Part shown: piece after piece, positions 1-11,671 of the stretch
Position numbering within the stretch: position 1 is the stretch's first letter
Layout: each line of letters opens with the position of its first letter
Origin: Octopus sinensis
Lineage: Eukaryota
Direction of reading: 5' to 3'
DNA: 64,000 nt
Assembly: GCF_006345805.1 (NCBI RefSeq)
Contig: NC_042998.1
Location: forward strand, 42,718,001 to 42,782,000
Translations under genes and position numbers: made by a program
Notes under the pieces: model-generated
Database searches by the model: none
Told to the model about the DNA's origin: nothing
Seen by the model: only the letters and a program-made list of their open reading frames with translations

Positions 1-43
1 TGCTAGTTATGATGACAATGATAGTATTTAGCAATTCATTTAA

Positions 44-455
44 TAGGTGTAAGAGTGGCTGTGTGGTAAGTAGCTTGCTTACCAACCACATGGTTCTGGG
101 TTCAGTGTGGCACCTTGGGCAAGTGTCTTCTACTATAGCCTCGGGCCGACCAAAGCCTTGTGAGTAGATTTGGTAGACGGAAACTGAAAGAAGCCCATCG
201 TATATATGTATATATATATATGTGTGTGTGTGTGAATGCATGTGTATGTTTGTGTGTCTATGTTTGTCCCCCCAACATCGCTTGACAACTGATGCTGGTG
301 TGTTTACATTCCCGTACCTTAGCAGTTCGGCAAAAGAGACCAATAGAATAAGTACTAGGCTTCCAAAGAATAAGTCCTGGGGTCGATTGGCTCGACTAAA
401 TACGGTGCTCCAGCATGGCCACAGTCAAATGACTGAAACAAATAAAAGAGTAATA
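44..455 (+). mobile_element. SINE family A (tRNA-like head, internal TA/TG microsatellite)
   Basis: GAGTGGCTGTGTGGTAAG...GGTTCAGT head and ...AATGACTGAAACAA(G)TAAAAGAG tail. Similar copies at ~12525-12955(-), 13640-14044(-), 18390-18778(-), 27385-27757(-), 29850-30260(-), 58740-59045(+), 63180-63432(+). Source of the recurring 'RRHLPKVP' ORFs. Confidence 0.9.
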
Positions 456-2379
456 AGTAGATTAGTAATAACTCTATCAAATTTTGGCACAAAGTTAGCA
501 CTTTTAGGGGAGGGGAAAGTTAAGTACATCATCCCCAATAGTCAACTGGTACTTATTTTATTAACCCCAAAAATGTGAAAGGCATAAGTCCACCTCAACT
601 GAATTTTACCTCTGAATGTAATGAGTCAGGAGAAATACTGCAAAGCATATTTTTTTCTGAAACTAACAATTCAGCTTGCTCATTGCCTGAGCTCAAATTA
701 GTAATAACAAAATGAGAAATCAATAATTCAAAACACCTTTAATATTGCATAAGCGTTGAAATCCAAAGTGATGGATCAAGATATTGAGTAATGTGAGCCA
801 TCTGTTGTTCTTGCAATATAAACATTTACTAATAAAATAAACCATCACCACAAACTTGAAAGTCTAAAATGACTCCCCAAGCATTGTGAGTGAAAACCAG
901 TTGACAGAGATAGTGTGGGACCCCGTTCAATTGACCCAACCTACATTCAAATAGTAGACGTAATCTGTCATCCAGTTAAACACCACGACCTTGCTCATGG
1001 CTGCCTTTAACTGAATTCATTGATATAGCTGTGCAGGACAACCTTTAAGCTTATTGCTTTCGCCTCTGACCCCATACAGGCTGATACAGCAGCCTCAAAA
1101 GTGCTGCTCCCATAAAAACGTCACTTGGGAAGGACCACCTCCTTGCCCTTTCCCTTGCTATGTTACAGGTTGAGCCAACTCTTGTTACAATCATTTGGGA
1201 CTGGTTTCTGTTTTGAATGTAACTCAATAGATTGTTGTGCTACTTTCTACTGCAAAAACTCATAAAACAATTTTTCTGCAACTCCTTTCGACCAATATCA
1301 GAGACTCTACTTAAAAAGACAAAAGGTCATGACTGCTGTCCATTCTTTGGCTAAGCCAGAGTCTAACATTATTTTAATTAAACTTATTGCAACATTAACT
1401 ATTTGAAAAATCAGAAAAGGTTTTGGTAATATTGTTGTAAATACAGAATAATTTGAAAGAGTTGAAGTAGCATATAGATACCAACTACATGAAACTGTCT
1501 TTGGTTCTATGAAACAAATTTGCTTTTAAAGCCCTCCTTCAAAATTTCATATTAATTTTCTGTTTAATTTGGTAAGAAACTGATATTTGACAGAAAATAA
1601 TAGTAATTAAAATATCACCGCAGCTTATAACTGAACTTCATAGAAAAGCTTCAACATGGTCGCTTGGACTACTAGATACAGGAGCTAAATCTCATTCACA
1701 GCACATCCTTATAGTCTTAAAGGAAGGACACTGGATAAAGTAGCCCTAGATATACTTAGTTTGGGGAAAAGTATGATAATCGAGTGTTCGATCACGATTG
1801 ATATTGGACTAAACAACAAATATTAGATGAAAGAATCTCGGTAAATATTGTAGAGATCAGAATTACATTCTTTTATACTGCATGGGTAGTCTCTCGACTC
1901 CGAGAATGACGATTCCTTAATTTATTACTGATCAACCAACACATGATTTGCTTATAATGATCAAATGCTTGTGCGTAAACGAACTCACCCACCTTCCTCT
2001 ATTCGACATTGAATGTACAAATGTACGGTGTACCACTGTTAAATTTAGTGATCGCAGAGTAACATTAAGTGAAGCGGTTTGCTAGACAACACGAAGTACC
2101 ATCCAGTACGAGAATCGAAACCACGATCTCGCGATCATGCGAGCAATACTCTCACTCTTTAATATTAATAAGTGGGCGTAACTTCGGTATATGTACCGGA
2201 TACATTTCAAGAAAGTGTTGTTTTCTTTTTTATATATATGGGAGGTTAGGGGTGGGAGAAAAGGGTTTCTGTTATCTTCAGAAATATAAACAAAGTCACG
2301 TGTGTACTTATACCGAAGCATCGCGAATAAGTGAAAATAAAAGAGGAAAAAAGTTTATGTGTTTATTAAACACAAAATT

Positions 2380-3280
2380 TACATGACTCGAACGAAGTAC
2401 GTACAGAACCAGAAGAAGAAACAGCTGAGAAGAATTCCAACTGGATCTGGTCAAACAGGAAGAGAAGTGAATTCCAAAGCATAATTTACTCTAAATCAAC
2501 TAATGTCTTCAAATGAACAGGTTACAACACCAAGGTATCGTGGATCGGAGCACCTTAAATGTAGACAACGATACAGAATGTCGAAACAGAGTGACCTGGA
2601 TGCGACCCCCTTAGCGTAAGGGCCGAAAAACTTGCTTGTGAAGATCTGAAAAAATACTTGACACCGGTTCCACATAGTTCTCTCCCCTTAGTTTATAAAT
2701 TCTCTTGGCATGTTTATGCTATTTGATCGCGTAACTTTGTTTATATAATATTAAATCTCAATGTGAATAATGTCAAAATCGTTTTGCTTTCTGATTAGTC
2801 TTTAAAGGTAGGAAATCATTTGTAATTTTCCCTTCTTTTAAATAACTGATATGCATTGAAATAATATTAGCTATTTTATATGAGGAAGTTTTAGGGTCTG
2901 TCTCTAAGTTCCACTTTGTAGGGATTTGTAATGGTTAATTAAACCTGACACGGTTTTTTAATGGTAGTTCTTTTATCGGTTCATTCGAGATAATAAGCTG
3001 TATCAATTTTCGCGAGAGTTGATCTTTACATCTTGTTTTTGACGCTTAAAGCTGTTTTAAGTTGAGTAAATTTATAAGGTGGTCAGATATATGGTGTTCT
3101 GAAGGACATAGCGACATGTGAGAACCGGTTTCTGCGGAATCCTGGTTTAAGCACCCTGTATAACCCCTCGTATCCTTTTTATTTTTTGGAATTTTTAGAA
3201 AAGTTTTGCGAATTTGTTTTCTACTCACGGGAATTCATACAATTATGCAAAAACGAAACAAAATCATGTTTAGGCGTGTG
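2380..3280. promoter_or_regulatory. Candidate IBA57 promoter / non-coding first exon region
   Basis: Non-repeat stretch visibly richer in CpG than its surroundings, with TTTCGCGAGA at 3008-3017. The IBA57 ATG directly follows a splice acceptor, implying an upstream exon. Confidence 0.45.
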
Positions 3281-4043
3281 ATTTAAGTGCTATTTGTCTG
3301 TTATTTTTAGCATATCTCACGACCACCTACCTTTCGTTTTTTTTTGTTGCTGACATGTTTTGATGTTTTCTATTATTTTTCTCCCAATAAACACATTTAA
3401 TGGTCCAACTAAAATTTCGAATTGTCCGTATTTTAAATTTGGATTTTAAGGACTTATAAAAAATCTTTTTTAAACTTTTTAGCTGGTATATTTTTTTAAA
3501 TGTTTTGTTTTCATAATCGTATGAATTCCTTGTGAGTGGATTTGATAGACAGAAACTGAAGGGAGCTTGTTGTATGTATATATCTGTGAGTGTCTTTATA
3601 TCTGTGTTTGTTCTCCCACCACCACTTGGCAACTGGTGTTGGTGCGTTTATGTCCCCGTAACTTAGCGGTTTGGCTAAAGAAATCTACAGAATAAATACC
3701 AGTCTTAAAAAAACGGGACTGTGGTCGATTCATTCGACTAAAATTCTTCAAAGTGGTACCTTAGCATGGCCACAGTATAATGACTGAAACAGGAAAAAAT
3801 AGAAATATAAGAAATATAAGATCTTACAAGTTTATATAATATATCCTTTATGTAAGTTACTACAATACTATTTATATGGAACAAAGTTACTGTTTCTAAT
3901 GGGTCAAGCAGCATCAATTGATAGTAGATTTGTATAGAGGAAAATATGCTTGAGAATTTATATAACGGTGGTAACACTCAAGATTAAGGTGAACAGCAAT
4001 AAACAGATGAAAAAATCCACCTATATCATTATTGAGTGTTTAA

Positions 4044-4265
4044 CCCTTTAGCATTCAGAATATTCTATCAAATGTAATGCTTATCTATTCACATTGTTTT
4101 TGAATTAAGCATGCATTATCTCATATCTTTGAGATTTCAACGATGTGATTTTTTTATTTTAAAAATAAAATTGTAGGGTATGTGTGAAAACCTCGATCTG
4201 CTCAGTTTGAATGTAAAACAGATGGAATATTTTGGCTGGATATGGCCAACTTAAATGCTAAAGGG
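4044..4265. mobile_element. piggyBac-type MITE
   Basis: TTAA-CCCTTTAGCATT...AATGCTAAAGGG-TTAA: terminal inverted repeats with TTAA target duplication. Confidence 0.85.
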
Positions 4266-5179
4266 TTAAGGTTTGATAATTCTACTTTAACAAATGCATC
4301 TTTATGTGTTTTCTTTTACTTGTTTCAGTCATTAGACTCCGGCCATTCTGGGGTACCATCTTGAAGAATTTTAGTCAAATGAATCAACCCCAGTACTTAT
4401 TTTTTAAGCCTGGTACTTTTTCTTTATTGCCCTCAAGGGGCTAAACATAGAGGGGACAAACAAGGACAGACAAAGGAATTAAGTCGATTACATTGAGCCA
4501 GTGTGTAACTGGTACTTAATTTATCAACCCCGAAAGGATGAAAGGCAAAGTCGACCTCAGCGGAATTTGAACTCTGAATGTAAAGAACTCTAAGCGTTTT
4601 GCCTGGTGTGCTAACGTTTCTGCCAGCTCACCACCTTAATAAGCCTGGTACTTATTTTGGTGATCTCTTTTGCTGGGGCGCTACCTTGAGGAATTTTAGT
4701 TGAACTAATCAACTTCTTTTTCTTTTTAAACCTGGTACTCACTCTATTGATGTCTTTTGCCGAACTGCTAAGTTACAGGGACACAAACACAATAACACTA
4801 GTTGTCAGGTGGCAGTGGGAGATAAAAGACAGACACACACACATGATGGACTTCTTGCAGTTTCTATCTACTAAATCCACTCACAAAGCTTTGGTTTTCT
4901 TGAAGCTATAGTAAAAGACAGTTGCCCCGGGGTACTGGAGCTAAGCAAAAACATCCTTTTTAGGTGCATATTAATTTTCTTTGCTAAGAATTAAGAGGAA
5001 ATAAAGATATGGTCAAAGGGATAAAATAGTTTCAGAAATGCTATTTTCTGTGAAATATTAGTACTTCAAGGGATGTTTACTGTAAAATATTGTTATATAT
5101 TATATTTGTATTATTTCTTTTATGTTATATTTTTTATTTATATGTTTCATATTTTGTCTTTTTTCATTTTTCTTTCTAG

Positions 5180-5689
5180 ATGCTTCAGAAATTCACCTCA
5201 CTGTCTATGAAACCATTTTTGAAAAAAGTTCCCATATCTTCGGCCATTAATTGTTGTTCATATTCAGTATTTAAGTCTTTACAAAGAACCCCCAGAAAGC
5301 TTTTAGAAACAAATTTAGCCAATTTTTATTCGAGGCATTTGTCATATTTATCTGAAGAATATTTCTCAAGTTATTCAAATGCTTTCTTTAGAAGATGCTT
5401 TCCAAAAAGCTCCAGTGGTTTCAGGGCATCTCGTTTATTTTGTAATCAAATAGTTAATAGGTGTAAGATTGATGATAGAATAAAATCACATCCATTTACC
5501 TCAGATGTAGGGAATTCTTCAGTTAAAAAGCTGAATAATGTTAAACTGTTTCATCTGAAATCTCGGGGCCTAATTCAGCTTGCTGGCACAGATACTTCTA
5601 GTTTTCTACAAGGCCTTATTACAAATGATATGGAGCAGTTTCAGACAGACAATAAAAGAACAATGTATGCCATGATTTTGAATGTTCAG
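5180..5689 (+). CDS. IBA57: IBA57/CAF17 coding exon 1 (probable mitochondrial targeting region plus start of the GcvT-like domain)
   Basis: Long polypyrimidine tract ending ...tctttctAG|ATG at 5180. Translation ends ...SRGLIQLAGTDTSSFLQGLITNDM...YAMILNVQ, typical of the YgfZ/IBA57 N-terminal domain. Donor CAG|GTAAGA at 5689/5690, phase 0. Confidence 0.93.
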
Positions 5690-6481
5690 GTAAGACTTTA
5701 TTTCAAATGTAATTTTGTCAGTGTTTATGATAGGCACAGGTGTTGCCATGTTGTTAAGAAGTTTGGTTCCCAACCACGTAGTCTTGAGTTCAGTCCTATT
5801 GCATGGCATCTTAGGCAAGTGACCGGCACTTCTTTATACAGCTGTCTTCATTCATACGCATCACATGTCCAAACAAATATAGTTTTCTCTCTTGCATGCT
5901 GCATCTGATACTTCTTATGCCCTGTTGTATATAATCCATGGCCATCCAAAAGCCTTGTAAGTGGATTTGGAAAATTGAAAGTAAAAGAAGACCATTGTAT
6001 GTGTGTATGTATGTGTTTATACACACACACACATACATAACAATGTGAACAAGAATGGAGAAAAATCACATCTTTATTTGATAATTACACCATACATTGC
6101 TGATGATCATTTCTGTTGTGCCAGCATATTTAGATATAAAGAAAGGGTACATAATATCAATCAGACCAGTGTATCAGAAAATTTATACTTATCTTATCAA
6201 GGTAACCTAAAACAGGTTAAATTCAAAGTGAACTGAAATAATATCTATAATACATGAATGCATACAAAATGAATGTTAAGAAAAAATAGAATATTGAAGG
6301 AAAAACCAGTTTGATGATGTCAATAGATAACAAAAGAAAAAAAAATAAGCATAGAAATTCTACATCACGACATTTAGTTATCTATCTATCTATTTATGTA
6401 TGCTAAAAGAATCTACAAAAATTATGCTTATTAGATTACAGGAAAAGCAATTATTATTAAGGTATTCTATATTATTGAAAT

Positions 6482-6778
6482 GTGGAGGTGCAATGGCCCA
6501 GTGGTTAGGGCATCGGACTCGTGGTTTCGATTCCCAGACCAGGCGTTGTGAGTGTTTATTGAGCAAAAACACCTAAAGCTCCACGAGGCTCCGGCAGTGG
6601 GTGGTGGCGATCCCTGCTGTACTCTTTTGCCGCAACTTTCTCTCACTCTTTCTTCTGTTGGCCTGCTCGCTTAGCCAGCGGGGTGGCGTCATTTGAAGGC
6701 TAAAACAATGCGAAGCGCATTGTGACCAGCGATGTGTAGCAACATCTGATAGCCTGGTCGGTCACGGTGACAGTGATA
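6482..6778 (+). mobile_element. SINE family B
   Basis: tRNA-like boxes (TGGCCCAGTGGTTAG, GGTTTCGATTCCC). TSD ATATTATTGAAAT at 6469-6481 and 6779-6791. Confidence 0.9.
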
Positions 6779-8173
6779 ATATTATTGAAATATTTAAATG
6801 GCTTTCTATATTTATAGGAACATTTCTACGTAAGATTGGTTATACAAGAGGAAGATAAAAATTAACTGCACTTTCACCATAACATATCTGTATTATTGTC
6901 ACCCTGCCTTCTGCACATGCATGCTTATAGTTGGTACTATTGTGGTCACGTGATCGAAGTTTGAGCCTGATTGTGCCATTTTTCTTTCTGGCTTTACAGT
7001 GTAAGCATGACCACTCCATTAGCAATGTGTGCCAAAGAAGAACAGAGAGCAGTGATCCAAGAGATAGTAATGGTGAACCATTACATGTTTGTCCTTGATA
7101 GTCCTGTTTTTTTAACTGTAATGATGGGTTGAATGCTGATATTCTCTGAAGGGAGAGAATTTACTTGAATTTAGCTATAGTTGGACTATCAGTTGGAAAA
7201 TGACATTGATCATCGAATTTCTTGAGAAGGCATGGCACTTTACTTAATGTTTCTTCAGTTTATTCAGCTGGGCAAAAATAAATATTAAAACTGACAGAGA
7301 ACCTGATTGGTGTCAAGATAGGACAGCAGGATCAATGGGTCAATGGTCTGACCAAAAACCTTTGGGCATGAATAGGGATATGTGTAGTGTAACAATGAAT
7401 TGCTATATCCTATCTTCATTCTTTTCTAAAATTTCTTGGGATTAAATTCATTTCATCATCATCATCATCATCATTGTTTAATGTCTGCTGTTCCATGTTT
7501 GCATGGTCTGATGAAAGTATGTTGGAGTTGAGTTTTCTACAACCAAATGCCCTTCCTGAGACCCCCCCCCCCCAGCTGTTTCCAAGTGAGATAATAATTT
7601 CTGTCATATGACAAATAGCCAGGACATGGTTATGCAGGGAATCTGAAACAAAGAACACCATATGAATGAGTCTTTTGTGTACAAAGATTGTGCTACATGT
7701 CAAGACATTTCGAGATCTCTGGACATGTTTTCATCATGAACTGCAAGTAAATGACAATATCACTGTTTACAACTAGCTAGCAAATATATGTGATGATGAG
7801 AGAACATATGAACTGAAACAAATATACACACACTCACAGACACGTATGTATGTTGTATGTACATATATACATACAGCAGGCTTTTGACATTTCCTATCTA
7901 TCAAATCTACTCACAAGGCTTTGCTAAAGACACTTAGTAAAAGGCCATAAGGTTGTAGTAAAAGATACTTGCTCAAAGTGCCATGCAGTGGGATTGAACC
8001 TGAAAGCATGTGGCTAGGAAGTGAACCTTTTAAACCACACAACCATGCCTGTGCCTATTTCACAAGAAATAAATTTTTTGGTAATATTTGTTGTCAAAAA
8101 AAAACAAACAAAGCAAATAGAAAGTAGATAATTTATTAAAAAACAACAACAAACTTATCAAATGATGTGTTAA

Positions 8174-8596
8174 CCCTTTACCATTCAGATTACATTGTCA
8201 AATGATTACATAATCAAATGTAAACTAAAGGTGGTTCAAATTCCGCCAAGGTCGACTTTGTCTTTCATCCTTTCAGGGTCGATTAAATAAGTATCAGTTA
8301 TGCACTGGAGTTAATATAATTACTTAATCCGTTTGTCTGTCCTTGTTTGTCCTCCCTGTGTGTAGCCCCTTGTGGGGAGTAAAGAAATAAGATTACATTG
8401 TCAAATGTAATGCTTATTTATTCACATTGTTTTTAATTAATTGTGCATTATCTCATAATTTTGAGATTTCAACGATGTGATTGTTTATTATTAGAATGGC
8501 ATTGTAGGGTAGGTGAGAGAAGCTTTATCTGGCCAGTTTGAGCATTAAACCGATTAAATATCCAGGCTAGATATGGACAGTTTAAATGCTGAAGAG
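8174..8596. mobile_element. Second piggyBac-type MITE copy interrupted by a family C SINE fragment
   Basis: Same ends and body as 4044-4265, with TTAA flanks. The insert is bounded by the duplication AGATTACATTGTCAAATG (8187-8204, 8390-8407). Confidence 0.8.
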
Positions 8597-8700
8597 TTAA
8601 ACCATGACAAAAATAACTTAATTATATGTTATATTATAGAAACTGGAGAAGATGACATTGGGTTATTGCTGATGAATGATATTTTACTCAATATTTTCAG

Positions 8701-8829
8701 GGCCGCATTCTCTATGACATTTTCATCTATGCTCTTCCTAACCAATCTTCAGCTTTCTTCCTGGAATGTGATACCAGTATTATTAATGATGTAACAAAAC
8801 TCCTAAAGAGATACAAAATTAGGAAAAAG
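8701..8829 (+). CDS. IBA57: IBA57 coding exon 2
   Basis: Acceptor attttcAG|; reads GRILYDIFIYALPNQSSAFFLECDTSIINDVTKLLKRYKIRKK, continuing LNVQ-GR..D and the YKIRKK family motif. Donor AAG|GTATGT. 129 nt, phase 0-0. Not in the ORF track in this frame. Confidence 0.93.
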
Positions 8830-9053
8830 GTATGTGCTTTGTATATGTCTAATTTTTAAAAAATTACCATTGAACAACACTTGTAAAATTATTTTCTAGT
8901 GATGACATTAGGAAGAGCATCCAGCCATAGAAACCATGCCAAAGCAGACAGTAAAACTTCACACCGTCTTCTGGTTCATCAGCTGCTGTAAAAATGTCCA
9001 ACCCATGCCAGCATAGAAAGCAAATGTTAAATATGATCATCATCATCCACATC

Positions 9054-9274
9054 TACTCGGAGGTGCTGAAAAGTTCCTGGCTTTAGGTAAAAAAAAATAC
9101 AGGTGGATCAGTTAATTATGATTTTATTCAGCATATTCATCTCTCAGATTCACACACTTATTCCAGCAGCCCTTCATTTTTTTAAAGCTCTGTAAAAGAA
9201 CTTAGAAGGCTGGGCCTCCAACTAGGCCTTTCACAACACCCTTAAAACCAGGAACTTTTCAGCGCCCCTTCATA
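9054..9274. mobile_element. Mariner-derived MITE
   Basis: Inverted ends GGTGCTGAAAAGTTCCTGG / CCAGGAACTTTTCAGCGCC with TA flanks. Confidence 0.75.
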
Positions 9275-9465
9275 CTTAGAAATTTTCATTGTTTCTTGAT
9301 TAGTGAAATTTGCAGTCTCGCATGCAATTAAAACTAGTTCTGTATCTTCTTTTAAATATGGTACTTCCTTGTCTGTATGTGCACATGCATGCATATGTGT
9401 GTGCATGTGCTTCATATGTGTGTGCATGCATTTGTGTAAGTGTGCATGTAAAGATTAGTGAAATT

Positions 9466-9897
9466 TGTATGGCTCTGAAACATGGAGAGCCACCTGCAGC
9501 AACTACAAGATGATCCAGACCTTCATCAACAAATGTCTCCGGCAGATCCTCCATCCGAAGTGGTTCGACAGAGTGCCAAACACAGACCTGTGGGAAAGGG
9601 CCAACTAGGAGCCCATGCATGTTCAGATTAGATGAAGGAAATGGAGATGGATCAGACACACACTGCGGAAAGAACCTTCAAATGTGATACAACAAGCACT
9701 TGACTGGAACCCGCAGGGGAAAGGGAAGCAAGGACGCCTGAAGCAGACATGGAAGCAAAGCATTTTGGACGAGCTCAGGACCACCGGCCTGACATGGGAA
9801 ACAGCCAAGAAACACGCCAATGACTGCAAAAAGCGGAAAACAACTGTTGAGGCCCTATGCTCCACAAGAGGCAAAAAGGATTAATAAGAAGAAGAAG
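9466..9897 (+). mobile_element. 3' end of an RTE-clade LINE (degenerate)
   Basis: Translates LYGSETWR...FINKCLRQIL..KW.D...N.DLWE...RKWRWIRHTLRK...QALDWNPQGKGKQGRLKQTW with internal stops, then a TAA/GAA repeat tail. Confidence 0.9.
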
Positions 9898-10389
9898 TGT
9901 GTAAAGATGCAGGATCTAATTATTTTGAAGCATTTTGATAAAGAGTTTATAGGGAGGATTAACATATGTTAACATGGGGTTTGAAAAATAGTAAGCTAGT
10001 GAGTTGTGAGCTCTTATAGAAGAGAAAATATTTCTACAAAGTTATACAGCACTGAAAAAAGAATTGCCTGATGGGTTTAAGGCAAGACACATTGTGTGAA
10101 TGGCAATAAATAAGAAGATTGATGCAACGGGGGGTGGGAGTAAGAGGAAGGTGTAGCAAACAGACTTTGAAGAATAGAGTTCATTATAGCAGAAGAAACA
10201 CAGACATGAATTCCACTTATTTATAATCAAAGTGGCTGTTGTGGTTTTGGTTCAATCCTATTACGAGGTACCTTGGGTAAGTAAGTGTCTTCTAATATAG
10301 CCCTGGGCCAACCAAAGCCTTGTGAGTGGATTTGGATGTAAACCGAAAAGTCAGTCCTCTCTCTCTCTATATATATATATATATGTATG

Positions 10390-10430
<41 letters not shown>

Positions 10431-10435
<5 letters not shown>

Positions 10436-10728
10436 CGTCACCATGACCAACCAGGCTATCAGATGCTGCTATACATCGCTGGTCACAATGCGCTTTGCAT
10501 TGTTTTTAGCCTTCAAATGACGCCACCCTGCTGGCTAAGCGAGCAGGCCAACAGAAGAAAGAGTGAGAGAAAGTTGTGGCGAAAGAGTACAGCAAGGATC
10601 GCCACCATCCCCTACCGGAGCCTCATGGAGCTTTAGGTGTTTTCGCTCAATAAACACTCACAATGCCCAGTCTGGGAATCGAAACCGCGAGTCCGCTGCC
10701 CTAACCATTGGGCCATTGCGCCTCCACA
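10431..10728 (-). mobile_element. SINE family B, nested in a family A fragment
   Basis: Reverse complement of 6482-6778; ORFs 6390..6572(-) and 10637..10894(+) share KHSQ..VWESKPRVRCPNHWAIAPPH. Confidence 0.9.
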
Positions 10729-11499
10729 TATATATATGCATGTGTGTGTGTGTTTGTGTGAACCTTGTCTTGACATGACGGTTGTAAATGAGCATGATCA
10801 TCACACAAGCAATGTTGTTTGTTTCCACTCTTCCATCAAAAACTTATCTAGCTATGGGGAAATATTACCTTTTTTGGAAACAGGTGAGGGTTAGTGACAG
10901 GAAGGCCATCTGGCCATAGAAAACCTGCCTGAACAAATACCATTTACTAGTATTTTGTAAATCAATACATATAAATATTATAATCCTTGAAAAGGATTTT
11001 CTTTCTACATTCGGATTTCATATTGTTTAATAACAAAACATCTGTATGAACGTAAGATAAAACTTTAAAACTTGTTTATAGAATAAAGTTTTTATAGTAA
11101 TGCTATTTATGAACTTCTATTTGCTGCATTGTAACTTTTTATAATTACATTCATCATTATCATTATTTAACATCTGCTTTCCTTGCTGGCCTGCATTGGA
11201 CATTGTCCAACTCTCGAGCCTTACAAACTATATTTATATATCACTCTTTAAGCTCACAGTTTAGATGCAGTGCAATGTTATCAGTGATCAAACTGCAGTT
11301 TTGAGTGATGAAAATTTTGACATCATATTACAAGCAATAAATTTTTAAGTGAAGTTAATAGTCTTTGAGTGTTTCTGAATGGCTAATATTTCTTCCACAC
11401 TGTGATCACTTTTTATAAAAGTCAACTGAAATATTATGACATACAAGTTAATGAAGAAGTATTATGATGTTTACATTTATATCTTTCTATTTTTAAAAG

Positions 11500-11671
11500 G
11501 TTTCTATTGAAAATACTGAAGACAAATTTCAAGTATGGGCTTCATTTAGTCCTCCTTTAGCACTTTCAAACTTATTGTCATCTGAAAAGAATTCAAAGGT
11601 TGAAATTTGTGAGCCTGATCCTAGAATTCAAGACTTTGGTTCCAGATTAATTTTACCTCATGATACTTCTT
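11500..11671 (+). CDS. IBA57: IBA57 coding exon 3
   Basis: Acceptor ttttaaaAG|; reads VSIENTEDKFQVWASF...EPDPRIQDFGSRLILPHDTS (conserved DPR....G.R). Donor T|GTAAGT. 172 nt, phase 0-1. Confidence 0.9.

Noticed and set aside
860-1210. Higher-GC unique-looking stretch
   Set aside because: No ORF, splice-bounded exon or recognisable element could be supported by eye; probably an old repeat fragment.
2383-2484. Short ORF MTRTKYVQ... resembling the histone H3 N-terminus
   Set aside because: Only the first five residues resemble MARTK; it stops after 33 codons with no histone fold.
5690-5908. C-terminal part of the 242-aa ORF 5180..5908
   Set aside because: Read-through past the GTAAGA donor into intron and SINE sequence; IBA57 similarity resumes at 8701.
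6482-6545. tRNA-like sequences, here and at other SINE heads
   Set aside because: A/B-box heads of SINEs that continue into SINE bodies with TSDs; no complete cloverleaf.
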